A stretch of DNA of 64,000 nucleotides from assembly GCF_036507355.1 (NCBI RefSeq), contig NZ_AP027877.1; one strand, 5' to 3'. Made by a program: the position numbers and the translations under genes. The notes under the pieces are model-generated. The model worked only from the letters and a program-made list of their open reading frames with translations, had not been told where the DNA came from and made no database searches. This stretch comes from Escherichia coli. Lineage in GTDB: Bacteria > Pseudomonadota > Gammaproteobacteria > Enterobacterales > Enterobacteriaceae. Below are positions 20,450 to 28,623 of the stretch, piece by piece; position 1 is the stretch's first letter, and every line of letters begins with the position of its first letter.

Positions 20450-21409
20450 TTATTCCTTCTTCCATTCGTGCGCGTAAACCTGCTTCACCCAGCGACCGCG
20501 CCCGTCGCCATGCCCCAGGTCCATCGCCACCATTGCCAGCGCCTCTTTTTCGCTGAATCCCTGCGCCAGATACCGGCGAATATCGTCCTGCGCCAGATAC
20601 CGGCGAATATCGTCCTGCGCCCAGGCGTAACGCAGCGAATGTGGGGAGTATTTGCCCGTCAGCCCCATACGCAAAGTCTGGTTGCGCCAGTATTTCATTG
20701 CCTGTTTAAGGCTTGCCGCATCAATCAGCCTGCCGTTGCGCAGTCCTGCCACCACAATGGCATTATCGAGCGCCCGTTTAACTGCGCCAGCATTCTGAAT
20801 AAGGGTATCGCGGGGCCGCCCGCCTTTGGTGCCAAACACGATGGTTAGCCGGGTGGCTCCACGTTCAAGCGACTGCCGCCACGTCAGCAATGAACGTGAA
20901 CAGCGTACCGCCTCCTGTGAACGTAACCCCATCAGCCGCGCCAGCTCCAGCGCTGCCGCCAGTCCTGCGTCTTTCAGCCGGGCAGTCTCTGCCATCTGTT
21001 GATAATATTCCGGCGTGATGGCTTTCCGTGTACCATTGCGGGATACGCCAGCCAGCCCCAGCGATTTATTCGATATCCGCTCACTCTGCGCCAGTTTTTC
21101 GCGCCCGGCCTGCGTCAGTATTTTACGGATAGCCGCCGTTTCGTTATGCAGCGTCTGTTTCTGAATACCCTGCGCCAGTCGCATCTGAATATACGCCTCA
21201 ATATGCTTCGCCTTTAAATGATGGACATAGCGTATCTGAACGTTCAGTTCCGTCAGTCGTTCGCAGAACCGTTCTGCCATGGCGATACGGTCATGGACAG
21301 TCTTGTGCGCCCCGCCAGCCTGCCGCGCCAGGTTTTTCATCTCTCTTTCCAGCATACCCATTTTGCTTTTCCTCTTATCTCGCTCCTGATTTTCACAAAA
21401 CCACAACAC
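20450..21409 (-). CDS. Tyrosine recombinase-like protein (second recombinase of the island)
   Basis: 319 aa; box II-like HSLRYAWA and downstream LGHGDGRGRWVKQVYAH with candidate catalytic Tyr; contains in-frame 9-aa tandem duplication. Confidence 0.65.
   Translation of the reverse strand: MLWFCENQERDKRKSKMGMLEREMKNLARQAGGAHKTVHDRIAMAERFCERLTELNVQIRYVHHLKAKHIEAYIQMRLAQGIQKQTLHNETAAIRKILTQAGREKLAQSERISNKSLGLAGVSRNGTRKAITPEYYQQMAETARLKDAGLAAALELARLMGLRSQEAVRCSRSLLTWRQSLERGATRLTIVFGTKGGRPRDTLIQNAGAVKRALDNAIVVAGLRNGRLIDAASLKQAMKYWRNQTLRMGLTGKYSPHSLRYAWAQDDIRRYLAQDDIRRYLAQGFSEKEALAMVAMDLGHGDGRGRWVKQVYAHEWKKE
20565..20618. repeat. Perfect 27-bp tandem duplication inside the recombinase gene
   Basis: gccagataccggcgaatatcgtcctgc repeated twice, giving DDIRRYLAQ-DDIRRYLAQ. 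Confidence 0.9.
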
Positions 21410-22253
21410 ACAACGGATACAGCTTTCCCCGGCGCATAGGCCGATAGCCCCTGATTTTTGTCGGGGCTGCGAGCAGTACCTGAGCGCCGGGGCGACGGCT
21501 GTTGAGGTTTTGCGGGGTATCGGTTGTGCTCTCAGAGCAGCCGCCAGCGTGAGCTGGTCATCCCCCGGACCGTCCTGGTGGTCCCCCTCCGGTACTGGCT
21601 CATGTTCTCCTTTGGTGAATGAATGGTTGAAATAAATGCTGAAAAGCGACGTCAGAAGCTCGCCTGTGGCTGGAACAGTTGATATGACTGGTGCAGATGA
21701 AAATTTCTGCGGGCGTCAGTCTCTCACTCTGCGTGAGCGACTGACGCCCTGGTCTGGCGCAGGCGCTGAAAATTACACTCTGGTGCAGGATGGCGGCCAC
21801 GCGGCAGCAAATGCCTTCGGCAAATGCAGGCCGCAGCCCGTCATGTAAAGGGCGCTGGTAATCAGCAGGGTATAAGTGGGCCGGAGAAATTCCGGCAAAG
21901 AGAAACCGTGCAGCCGGTGAAGGCTGTTGCCGTTAAGCGATGACGATGAAGCCGTCCAGTGTATGTACTCTTAGCCTCAAACGCTTTCGCGTTCCGGTAT
22001 TGCGGAGGTCGTACCGGTAGCAGGGGGCTGGTCGTCCTGATAAATCAGGGGCTTCTTGCAGACCATGAAGCCAAAGGGGCTGTCAACCGACAGCTTATTG
22101 CAGGAGAGAGATTACACCGTAATTTCTGGCGCAGAAAGGGGAAACTCATTTTTCTGGAAATTGAGTTTCCCCCTGAATTTATGGAAAGTTTGTGAATGGA
22201 ACACTGCCGCGCTTCGCTTGTCGTCTCCCGGTGTGCGATTTGCTGTATCAGGA

Positions 22254-22502
22254 TCATCGCTTTCGCATGAACCTTTCCAGGCGATTACCTTTGCCGTCGA
22301 AGTATCTGGAAGGCCAGATGATCTCTGGAGCTATCTCCAGCGCATCTGCAATAAGTTTTTCTCCGCGCGGCCACGGGCGGGAAAGTGCATTTGCCAGTGT
22401 GGAAGAACTCAACCCTGCTTTACGCGATACCTCAGCCAGTGAGGTCCCTTTCTTTCTTAATCCGGCAATGATATCTGCCGGATGCCAGTCATCTTTATTC
22501 AT
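22254..22502 (-). CDS. Ner-like DNA-binding protein (Nlp/SfsB family)
   Basis: 82 aa; WHPADIIAGLRKKGTSLA...GLSSSTLANALSRPWP closely resembles Nlp/Ner. Confidence 0.8.
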   Translation of the reverse strand: MNKDDWHPADIIAGLRKKGTSLAEVSRKAGLSSSTLANALSRPWPRGEKLIADALEIAPEIIWPSRYFDGKGNRLERFMRKR

Positions 22503-22614
22503 TGTTTTCCCCTGTTTCCAAATCTGGTTTTTCTGACTTTAGGAACTCTAAAGGCAATGAATCTTAAGGAATGCTAAAGATGGTGTCAATGTAACTATTA
22601 ACCAAACAGGTTAT

Positions 22615-22914
22615 ATGATCCCTGAACGACTCAAGGCAGCGAGGTTGCGGGCTAATCTCACCCAGGAACAACTGGGCGTTCGTGCAGGCATCGCCGAAGA
22701 TACGGCCTGCTCCCGGCTTTCTCAGTACGAAAGTGGAACACACAAGCCCACATTCAAAATGGTTTGTGCCTTTGCTCGTGTTTTGCATGTTCCTGAATGT
22801 TACTTCTATGCACAGGAAGACACTTTCGCCGAAGCGATTTTAAGGCTGTATGACGGTGAAACTGTGCAGTGGAATATAAAAACAGAGATCGTTCATCATA
22901 CTGAACGGGTATAA
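22615..22914 (+). CDS. XRE-family HTH regulator (copy 1)
   Basis: 99 aa; HTH LTQEQLGVRAGI; paralogue of 23014..23283. Confidence 0.7.
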   Translation: MIPERLKAARLRANLTQEQLGVRAGIAEDTACSRLSQYESGTHKPTFKMVCAFARVLHVPECYFYAQEDTFAEAILRLYDGETVQWNIKTEIVHHTERV

Positions 22915-23013
22915 ACCTCTTGCCTCATCCATCCTCTTTATGAACTCTAAAGAAAAATGCTCTTGAGGAATGCTAAAGATTACCGTCATAAATTCAAACT
23001 GATGGTAATTTCA

Positions 23014-23283
23014 ATGATCCCCAAACGCTTAAAAGAAGCCAGATTGCGGGCTAAACTCACTCAGGAAAAATTGGGGGTACTGGCGGGTATTGAAGAAGCC
23101 ACGGCTTATTCGCGTCTGTCACATTACGAGAGTGGTACGCATAAACCAACTTTTGATCTCGTTTGTGAGTTTGCCCGAGTACTCAATGTACCAGAATGCT
23201 ATTTCTATACGGTGGATGATGATTTCGCGCAGGCGGTGTTGGATCTTCATGCCAGGTGGACAAAGAGAACTACGGAAAGATAG
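23014..23283 (+). CDS. XRE-family HTH regulator (copy 2)
   Basis: 89 aa from MIPKRLKEARL; about 70 percent identical to copy 1; similar upstream sequence. Confidence 0.7.
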   Translation: MIPKRLKEARLRAKLTQEKLGVLAGIEEATAYSRLSHYESGTHKPTFDLVCEFARVLNVPECYFYTVDDDFAQAVLDLHARWTKRTTER

Positions 23284-23299
23284 ATCGCAGAAAATAAAA

Positions 23300-23400
23300 A
23301 ACCCCGCTGGTGAGGCAGGGTTCTTTATTTTTCGTTCTCAGACTGCTTATAGCGACCTGAGCAACGTTGCGCGACAATACAATCCTAGCAGAATAAGTTT
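23300..23400 (-). ncRNA. Candidate antisense sRNA antitoxin (Orz-like) with 20-nt match to toxin 5' UTR
   Basis: gacaatacaatcctagcaga (23373..23392) repeats 19/20 at 23545..23564 in the toxin leader; stem-loop with flanking T-run near 23290..23330 could terminate a minus-strand transcript. Confidence 0.3.
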
Positions 23401-23634
23401 AACCCGCTTTGTTTCCCGTTGCAAACAAACGCTCCCGGTCTTTATAATGCCAGACGCTGGGTTTATCACGTTTCAGGCCAGACCGATTTCAAGCCCTGAC
23501 TGCCGGACGGGTGGTGCCGCAGGCAGTGCCCCGGTCTGGAGCGTGATAATACAATCCTAGCAGATGTGATCCTGCGCCGACAGGCAATGTAAGGGTAAGG
23601 TGCAGGCGTTGCGCTCCTTTCATAAGGAGAGCGG

Positions 23635-23724
23635 ATGGACATGTTGACGCGAAAGCTGATCGTGCTCATCGCCGTACTGGAGCTTTTGCTGGCTCTGCTG
23701 CGGTTGATTGATCTGTTGAAATAA
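23635..23724 (+). CDS. ShoB/ZorO-like type I toxin, 29-aa hydrophobic peptide
   Basis: MDMLTRKLIVLIAVLELLLALLRLIDLLK; SD aaggag 7 nt upstream; single TM helix; followed by terminator. Confidence 0.6.
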   Translation: MDMLTRKLIVLIAVLELLLALLRLIDLLK

Positions 23725-23744
23725 TTCTCAGATTGAAACGCACC

Positions 23745-23770
23745 AAAGGGGAAACACCCGTTTCCCCTTT
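23745..23770 (+). terminator. Rho-independent terminator after toxin ORF
   Basis: ggggaaac-accc-gtttcccc stem-loop followed by ttt. Confidence 0.6.
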
Positions 23771-23788
23771 AATAAATACGCTGCTTTG

Positions 23789-25066
23789 TTACGACGCCTG
23801 TTTCAGGCGGCGGGCATACTGGTAAGCTGAAACATACCCGTCACTGTTTGCATCAAGATAATCTGACCACCATTGCATCATCTCGATCCGCTCTTCCAGA
23901 TATTCAGCCTTGTGAATATACGCAGCGCGGACGCTGTTTCTTTCCTGGTGACTCATTTGTTTTTCAATCGCTTCTTTGCTCCACAGCCCCGATTCACTCA
24001 ACGCACTACATGCCATCGCCCGGAAGCCATGCCCGCAGACGTCTTTTTTGGTGTCATAGCCCATCACCCGCAGCGCTTTATTCACGGTGTTGTCGCTCAT
24101 GCACTTATCCTGGTCGTACTCGCCGGGAAAGATAAAGGCCAGATGACCGGAGAGGGCTTCGATCTGTTTCAGGATCGCAATTGCCTGATCCGACAGCGGC
24201 ACGATATGTTGAATTTTCATTTTCGACCCCCGGTAAGAGAAGCGCACATTTTCGATCTGCTCGCGTTCTTCCGCGATCACCCACAGCTTTTGCTGCCAGT
24301 CGATTTCACTCCAGCGAGCAAAGCGTAGCTCGCTGGAGCGCACAAAAAATATCAGTGACAACTTAAGGGCGTATTTCGTCAGCAGCCTGCCGCAGTAGTT
24401 ATCCGTACGGGTTAAAAGCTCTGGCAGCCTGTCCAGCGACAGGGCCGGGTAATGATTAGTCTCTGGCGCAGCAAATTCACCATCCAGATACAGCGCGGGG
24501 TTCGCTTTGAGCAACTGCTTTTTCATCGCGTAGTGCATGATGTCGGTGACATAGTTTTTCAGCCGGGCGGTGATCTCCAGAAAGCCTTTGCTCTCCACCT
24601 TACGCAGCGTGACCAGCAAATCCTCTGTTTCGATCTCCCCGATAAGGCGATCCCCGATATCCGGGAAAACATACATTTCCAGTCTGCGCATAACCGTTTT
24701 CGCGTAATGTTCAGACCAGCGTTTATGCTCGCCATGCCAGTTAGTGGCGACCTGGCTGAACGTCTGTCCGTTTTTCTTCTTCTGTTTCTCCGTCTGCTTC
24801 ACCGCAGCAGGATCGACGCCTGCATGAATGTTATTGCGTGCCGCTTCCCGTAAACGGCGAGCCTGCAACAGCGAGATCCCCGGGTAGGGGCCAAAGGCCA
24901 GCTTTTTCTCTTTCCCGTCGATACGGTACTTCATGTACCAGAGTTTTGAGCCATTAGGTTTGATCAACAGGTACAGTCCGGAACTGTCTGTCATTTTGAA
25001 AGGTTTGTCGGAGGGTTTGATCTTGCGAATCGTGGTATCTGTTAATGCCATAGCGGGGGGCTCCAT
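23789..25066 (-). CDS. P4-type tyrosine integrase
   Basis: 425 aa (or start at MALTDTTIRK, 25051); arm-binding N-terminus and C-terminal catalytic domain (HGFRAMA); adjacent to tRNA-Asn. Confidence 0.9.
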   Translation of the reverse strand: MEPPAMALTDTTIRKIKPSDKPFKMTDSSGLYLLIKPNGSKLWYMKYRIDGKEKKLAFGPYPGISLLQARRLREAARNNIHAGVDPAAVKQTEKQKKKNGQTFSQVATNWHGEHKRWSEHYAKTVMRRLEMYVFPDIGDRLIGEIETEDLLVTLRKVESKGFLEITARLKNYVTDIMHYAMKKQLLKANPALYLDGEFAAPETNHYPALSLDRLPELLTRTDNYCGRLLTKYALKLSLIFFVRSSELRFARWSEIDWQQKLWVIAEEREQIENVRFSYRGSKMKIQHIVPLSDQAIAILKQIEALSGHLAFIFPGEYDQDKCMSDNTVNKALRVMGYDTKKDVCGHGFRAMACSALSESGLWSKEAIEKQMSHQERNSVRAAYIHKAEYLEERIEMMQWWSDYLDANSDGYVSAYQYARRLKQAS

Positions 25067-25211
25067 TTGCTCACCGAACCGTGAGGCCCCCGATTAAGCC
25101 CACAAAAACTATGGATGTCAAGAAACCCGGTAGCCTCTTGTGAGACAACCGGGTAAAGATAAGTTCTTGTTTTTTAACTATCTCGAGACTCATAGAGATG
25201 TCTCAAAACTA

Positions 25212-25233
25212 AAATCTGGCTCCTCTGACTGGA
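25212..25233. repeat. attR of asnU island (overlaps 3' end of intact tRNA-Asn)
   Basis: 22-nt perfect match to 17114..17135. Confidence 0.8.
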
Positions 25234-25292
25234 CTCGAACCAGTGACATACGGATTAACAGTCCGCCGTTCTACCGACTGAACTACAGAGGA
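25217..25292 (-). tRNA. asnU: tRNA-Asn (GUU)
   Basis: 76-nt exact tRNA-Asn sequence; position between cbl and yeeO. Confidence 0.97.
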
Positions 25293-25452
25293 ATCGCTGT
25301 TGAGGCACATCTTAACGGCGAAAAATCTTTTGTCAAACCCGATTTTTAAATTCCCCAACTGTTTGCCGTTTCTATCAACAGTTTGTTGCATTTGCAGACA
25401 ATTTGTTGGCGAAAATCTTTGCAGCTTTGCTGATTCTCCCTCATTATTTGAA

Positions 25453-26940
25453 ATGTGGTTTCACTTTCTGCAATTAAGGTCGGCTTTGAATATCTCCTCT
25501 GCTTTACGCCAGGTTGTTCACGGCACTCGCTGGCACGCTAAACGCAAGAGCTACAAAGTGTTGTTCTGGCGCGAGATAACCCCGCTTGCTGTTCCTATCT
25601 TCATGGAGAATGCCTGTGTCCTGTTGATGGGGGTTCTGAGCACTTTTCTGGTCAGCTGGCTGGGAAAAGATGCGATGGCCGGCGTGGGATTGGCGGACAG
25701 CTTCAATATGGTCATTATGGCTTTTTTTGCTGCTATCGATCTTGGTACTACTGTCGTTGTGGCATTTAGTCTCGGTAAGCGGGATCGACGACGAGCGAGG
25801 GTGGCGACGCGGCAGTCATTGGTGATCATGACGTTGTTTGCCGTACTGTTGGCAACGCTTATTCATCATTTTGGCGAACAAATTATTGATTTCGTCGCGG
25901 GTGATGCCACGACAGAAGTTAAAGCACTGGCGTTGACTTATCTGGAGCTGACGGTACTCAGTTATCCAGCAGCTGCCATCACTTTGATTGGTAGCGGGGC
26001 ACTTCGTGGTGCAGGGAATACGAAAATACCGCTACTGATTAACGGTAGCCTGAATATTCTTAATATTATTATTAGCGGCATATTGATTTACGGCCTTTTC
26101 TCCTGGCCGGGACTGGGATTTGTCGGGGCTGGGTTGGGTTTAACCATTTCTCGTTATATTGGCGCAGTTGCAATTTTGTGGGTGCTGGCGATTGGTTTTA
26201 ATCCTGCGCTAAGGATTTCGTTAAAGAGCTATTTTAAACCGCTGAATTTTAGCATTATCTGGGAAGTCATGGGGATTGGTATTCCCACGAGTGTCGAATC
26301 AGTGTTATTTACCAGTGGTCGGTTATTAACCCAAATGTTCGTTGCCGGGATGGGGACCAGTGTTATTGCCGGAAATTTTATCGCGTTTTCAATTGCGGCT
26401 CTTATCAACTTACCCGGAAGTGCGCTCGGCTCTGCTTCTACGATCATTACAGGCCGAAGGTTGGGGGTAGGGCAGATAGCGCAAGCAGAGATTCAGTTGC
26501 GGCATGTGTTCTGGCTGTCCACTCTTGGATTAACGACCATCGCCTGGCTAACGGCTCCCTTTGCCGGGGTTATGGCATCGTTTTACACCCAGGATCCACA
26601 GGTTAAACATGTCGTTGTGATTCTGATTTGGCTAAATGCTTTATTTATGCCTATTTGGTCCGCCTCATGGGTGCTACCCGCTGGATTTAAAGGTGCTCGT
26701 GATGCCCGTTACGCCATGTGGGTTTCGATGTTGAGCATGTGGGGTTGTCGGGTTGTCGTCGGTTATGTGCTGGGAATCATGCTTGGCTGGGGTGTGGTTG
26801 GTGTCTGGATGGGAATGTTTGCCGACTGGGCTGTGCGGGCCGTGCTGTTTTACTGGCGAATGGTTACTGGACGTTGGCTATGGAAATACCCTCGATCCGA
26901 GCCGCAAAAGTGTGAAAAAAAGCCAGTTGTGTCGGAATAA
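25453..26940 (+). CDS. yeeO: MATE-family efflux transporter
   Basis: 495 aa from MWFHFLQ (ORF track opens at 25300); 12-TM hydrophobic profile. Confidence 0.85.
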   Translation: MWFHFLQLRSALNISSALRQVVHGTRWHAKRKSYKVLFWREITPLAVPIFMENACVLLMGVLSTFLVSWLGKDAMAGVGLADSFNMVIMAFFAAIDLGTTVVVAFSLGKRDRRRARVATRQSLVIMTLFAVLLATLIHHFGEQIIDFVAGDATTEVKALALTYLELTVLSYPAAAITLIGSGALRGAGNTKIPLLINGSLNILNIIISGILIYGLFSWPGLGFVGAGLGLTISRYIGAVAILWVLAIGFNPALRISLKSYFKPLNFSIIWEVMGIGIPTSVESVLFTSGRLLTQMFVAGMGTSVIAGNFIAFSIAALINLPGSALGSASTIITGRRLGVGQIAQAEIQLRHVFWLSTLGLTTIAWLTAPFAGVMASFYTQDPQVKHVVVILIWLNALFMPIWSASWVLPAGFKGARDARYAMWVSMLSMWGCRVVVGYVLGIMLGWGVVGVWMGMFADWAVRAVLFYWRMVTGRWLWKYPRSEPQKCEKKPVVSE

Positions 26941-27040
26941 ACGACAAAATGCAGATTATTTCAGCAAACGATTTCAAATTTAAAAAACAGGCTTTGACAT
27001 TGTGGGTGGGCATCGCTAATATTCGCCTCGTTCTCACGAT

Positions 27041-27116
27041 TCCTCTGTAGTTCAGTCGGTAGAACGGCGGACTGTTAATCCGTATGTCACTGGTTCGAGT
27101 CCAGTCAGAGGAGCCA
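27041..27116 (+). tRNA. asnW: tRNA-Asn (GUU)
   Basis: 76-nt exact tRNA-Asn sequence, plus strand. Confidence 0.97.
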
Positions 27117-27177
27117 AATTTTAGTTTTGAGACATCTCTATGAGTCTCAAGGCAGTTAAAAAATAAAAATTATTTTT

Positions 27178-27214
27178 ACCCGGTCACTTTGTAAAAAAGC
27201 GACCGGGTTTTTTG
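27178..27214 (+). terminator. Rho-independent terminator
   Basis: acccggtc / gaccgggt stem followed by tttttt. Confidence 0.6.
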
Positions 27215-27564
27215 ATATCTGTGTTTCGTGCGCTTAATCGAGCCTCACGCTTCAGTGAGCAAATTGCCCTCCCCAACAGACATCACGATTTGCAAGGTCA
27301 AAATCTCTGTTCCATGAAGTACCGTACAAAGATAAAGAGAACAATGCTTTATGCGGGATGTTGCTGTCGTGTCTTTATCGGGAAACTATACGTAATTACC
27401 ACTTGCCTTCTGTAATCAGAAAAAGAAGACCTGGAATTTTAATAAATATTATTTCTCTGGGGGAATTTTTATAATCAATATGACGAGTTGAATATTATAT
27501 TTTTTATAAGGATTATATGAGATTAAAGAAATCTGCCATAAAGACAGATTTCTTTAAAATATAA

Positions 27565-28281
27565 TTAGAGATTTGCGACGTTATGATAAACTTTTTGTAC
27601 ATCGTCGTCATCTTCAAGGGCATCAACAAGCCCTTCAAAGATTTCTAAATCTTCTGGGGAAAGCTCAACTTCTGATTGAGCAATCATTTCTAATTCTGTT
27701 GTTGAGAACTCAGTGATTCCAGCTGCTTTTAGAGCCGCGATTCCTTTATGAAGGTCAGTAGGTTCAGTATAAATAACAATGTTACCTTCTTCTTCAGTCA
27801 CATCACGAACATCAACTTCAGCTTCAAGTAAAATTTCAAAAATATGGTCAGGGTCTGTTCCTTTAAATACAATCACACCCGTATTGTCAAACATATAGCT
27901 GACAGAACCTGCCGCTCCGATATTGCCGCCTTTTTTATTGAAAATTGTGCGAACGTTAGCAATCGTACGGTTAACATTTGAAGTTAATGTCTCAGCGATA
28001 ATCATTGAGCCATTAGGACCAAAGCCTTCATAACGTCCCTGCACGAACGTTTCATCTCCGCCGCCTTTAGCTTTATCAATTGCTTTATCAATAACGTGCT
28101 TTGGAACTTGTGCCTGCTTTGCTCGTTCAATAACGAATTTTAAAGATGTGTTTAATTCTGGATCGGGTTCACCTTGTTTGGCAGCAGCATAGATTTCTAC
28201 ACCGAATTTTGCATAAATTTTAGACGTTGCACCGTCTTTAGCCGTTTTTTTAGCAACAATATTGGCCCATTTACGTCCCAC
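27565..28281 (-). CDS. yeeN: YebC/PmpR-family transcriptional regulator
   Basis: 238-aa ORF recognised as YeeN. Confidence 0.9.
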
Positions 28282-28623
28282 TGGAATGATCTCCTCGAAA
28301 ATTTATTTACATTACTGGTAAATCGTTAACATGTGTTAATTCGGCATATTATATCATAACAGGAAAAATCTCGTCTATTAGAAATAAAAATATTCTAAAG
28401 TCATAATCTCATATTTAATTTTATAAAAACTTATATTGTTGGCGGGATTTTTTATAATTGTGTTTTGAAAGCATACTTGCTTTTAATATGTGGAAATCAT
28501 TAAGACGATAATAAAACTCGTATCCGCCCAAGGAAGCAAACAGCCCGCGTTTATTGCGGGCTATTTGCCAGATGTCTTACTTAATCCTTCACATCTATTT
28601 TTGATAAGAAGGTTCAGAACTTA

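Noticed and set aside
25186-27150. Inverted repeats flanking yeeO (tRNA-Asn copies asnU and asnW plus about 30 bp of flank in opposite orientation)
   Set aside because: This is the normal chromosomal arrangement of two asn tRNA genes around yeeO, not the boundary of a mobile element. The island repeat is the separate 22-nt direct repeat at 17114 / 25212.
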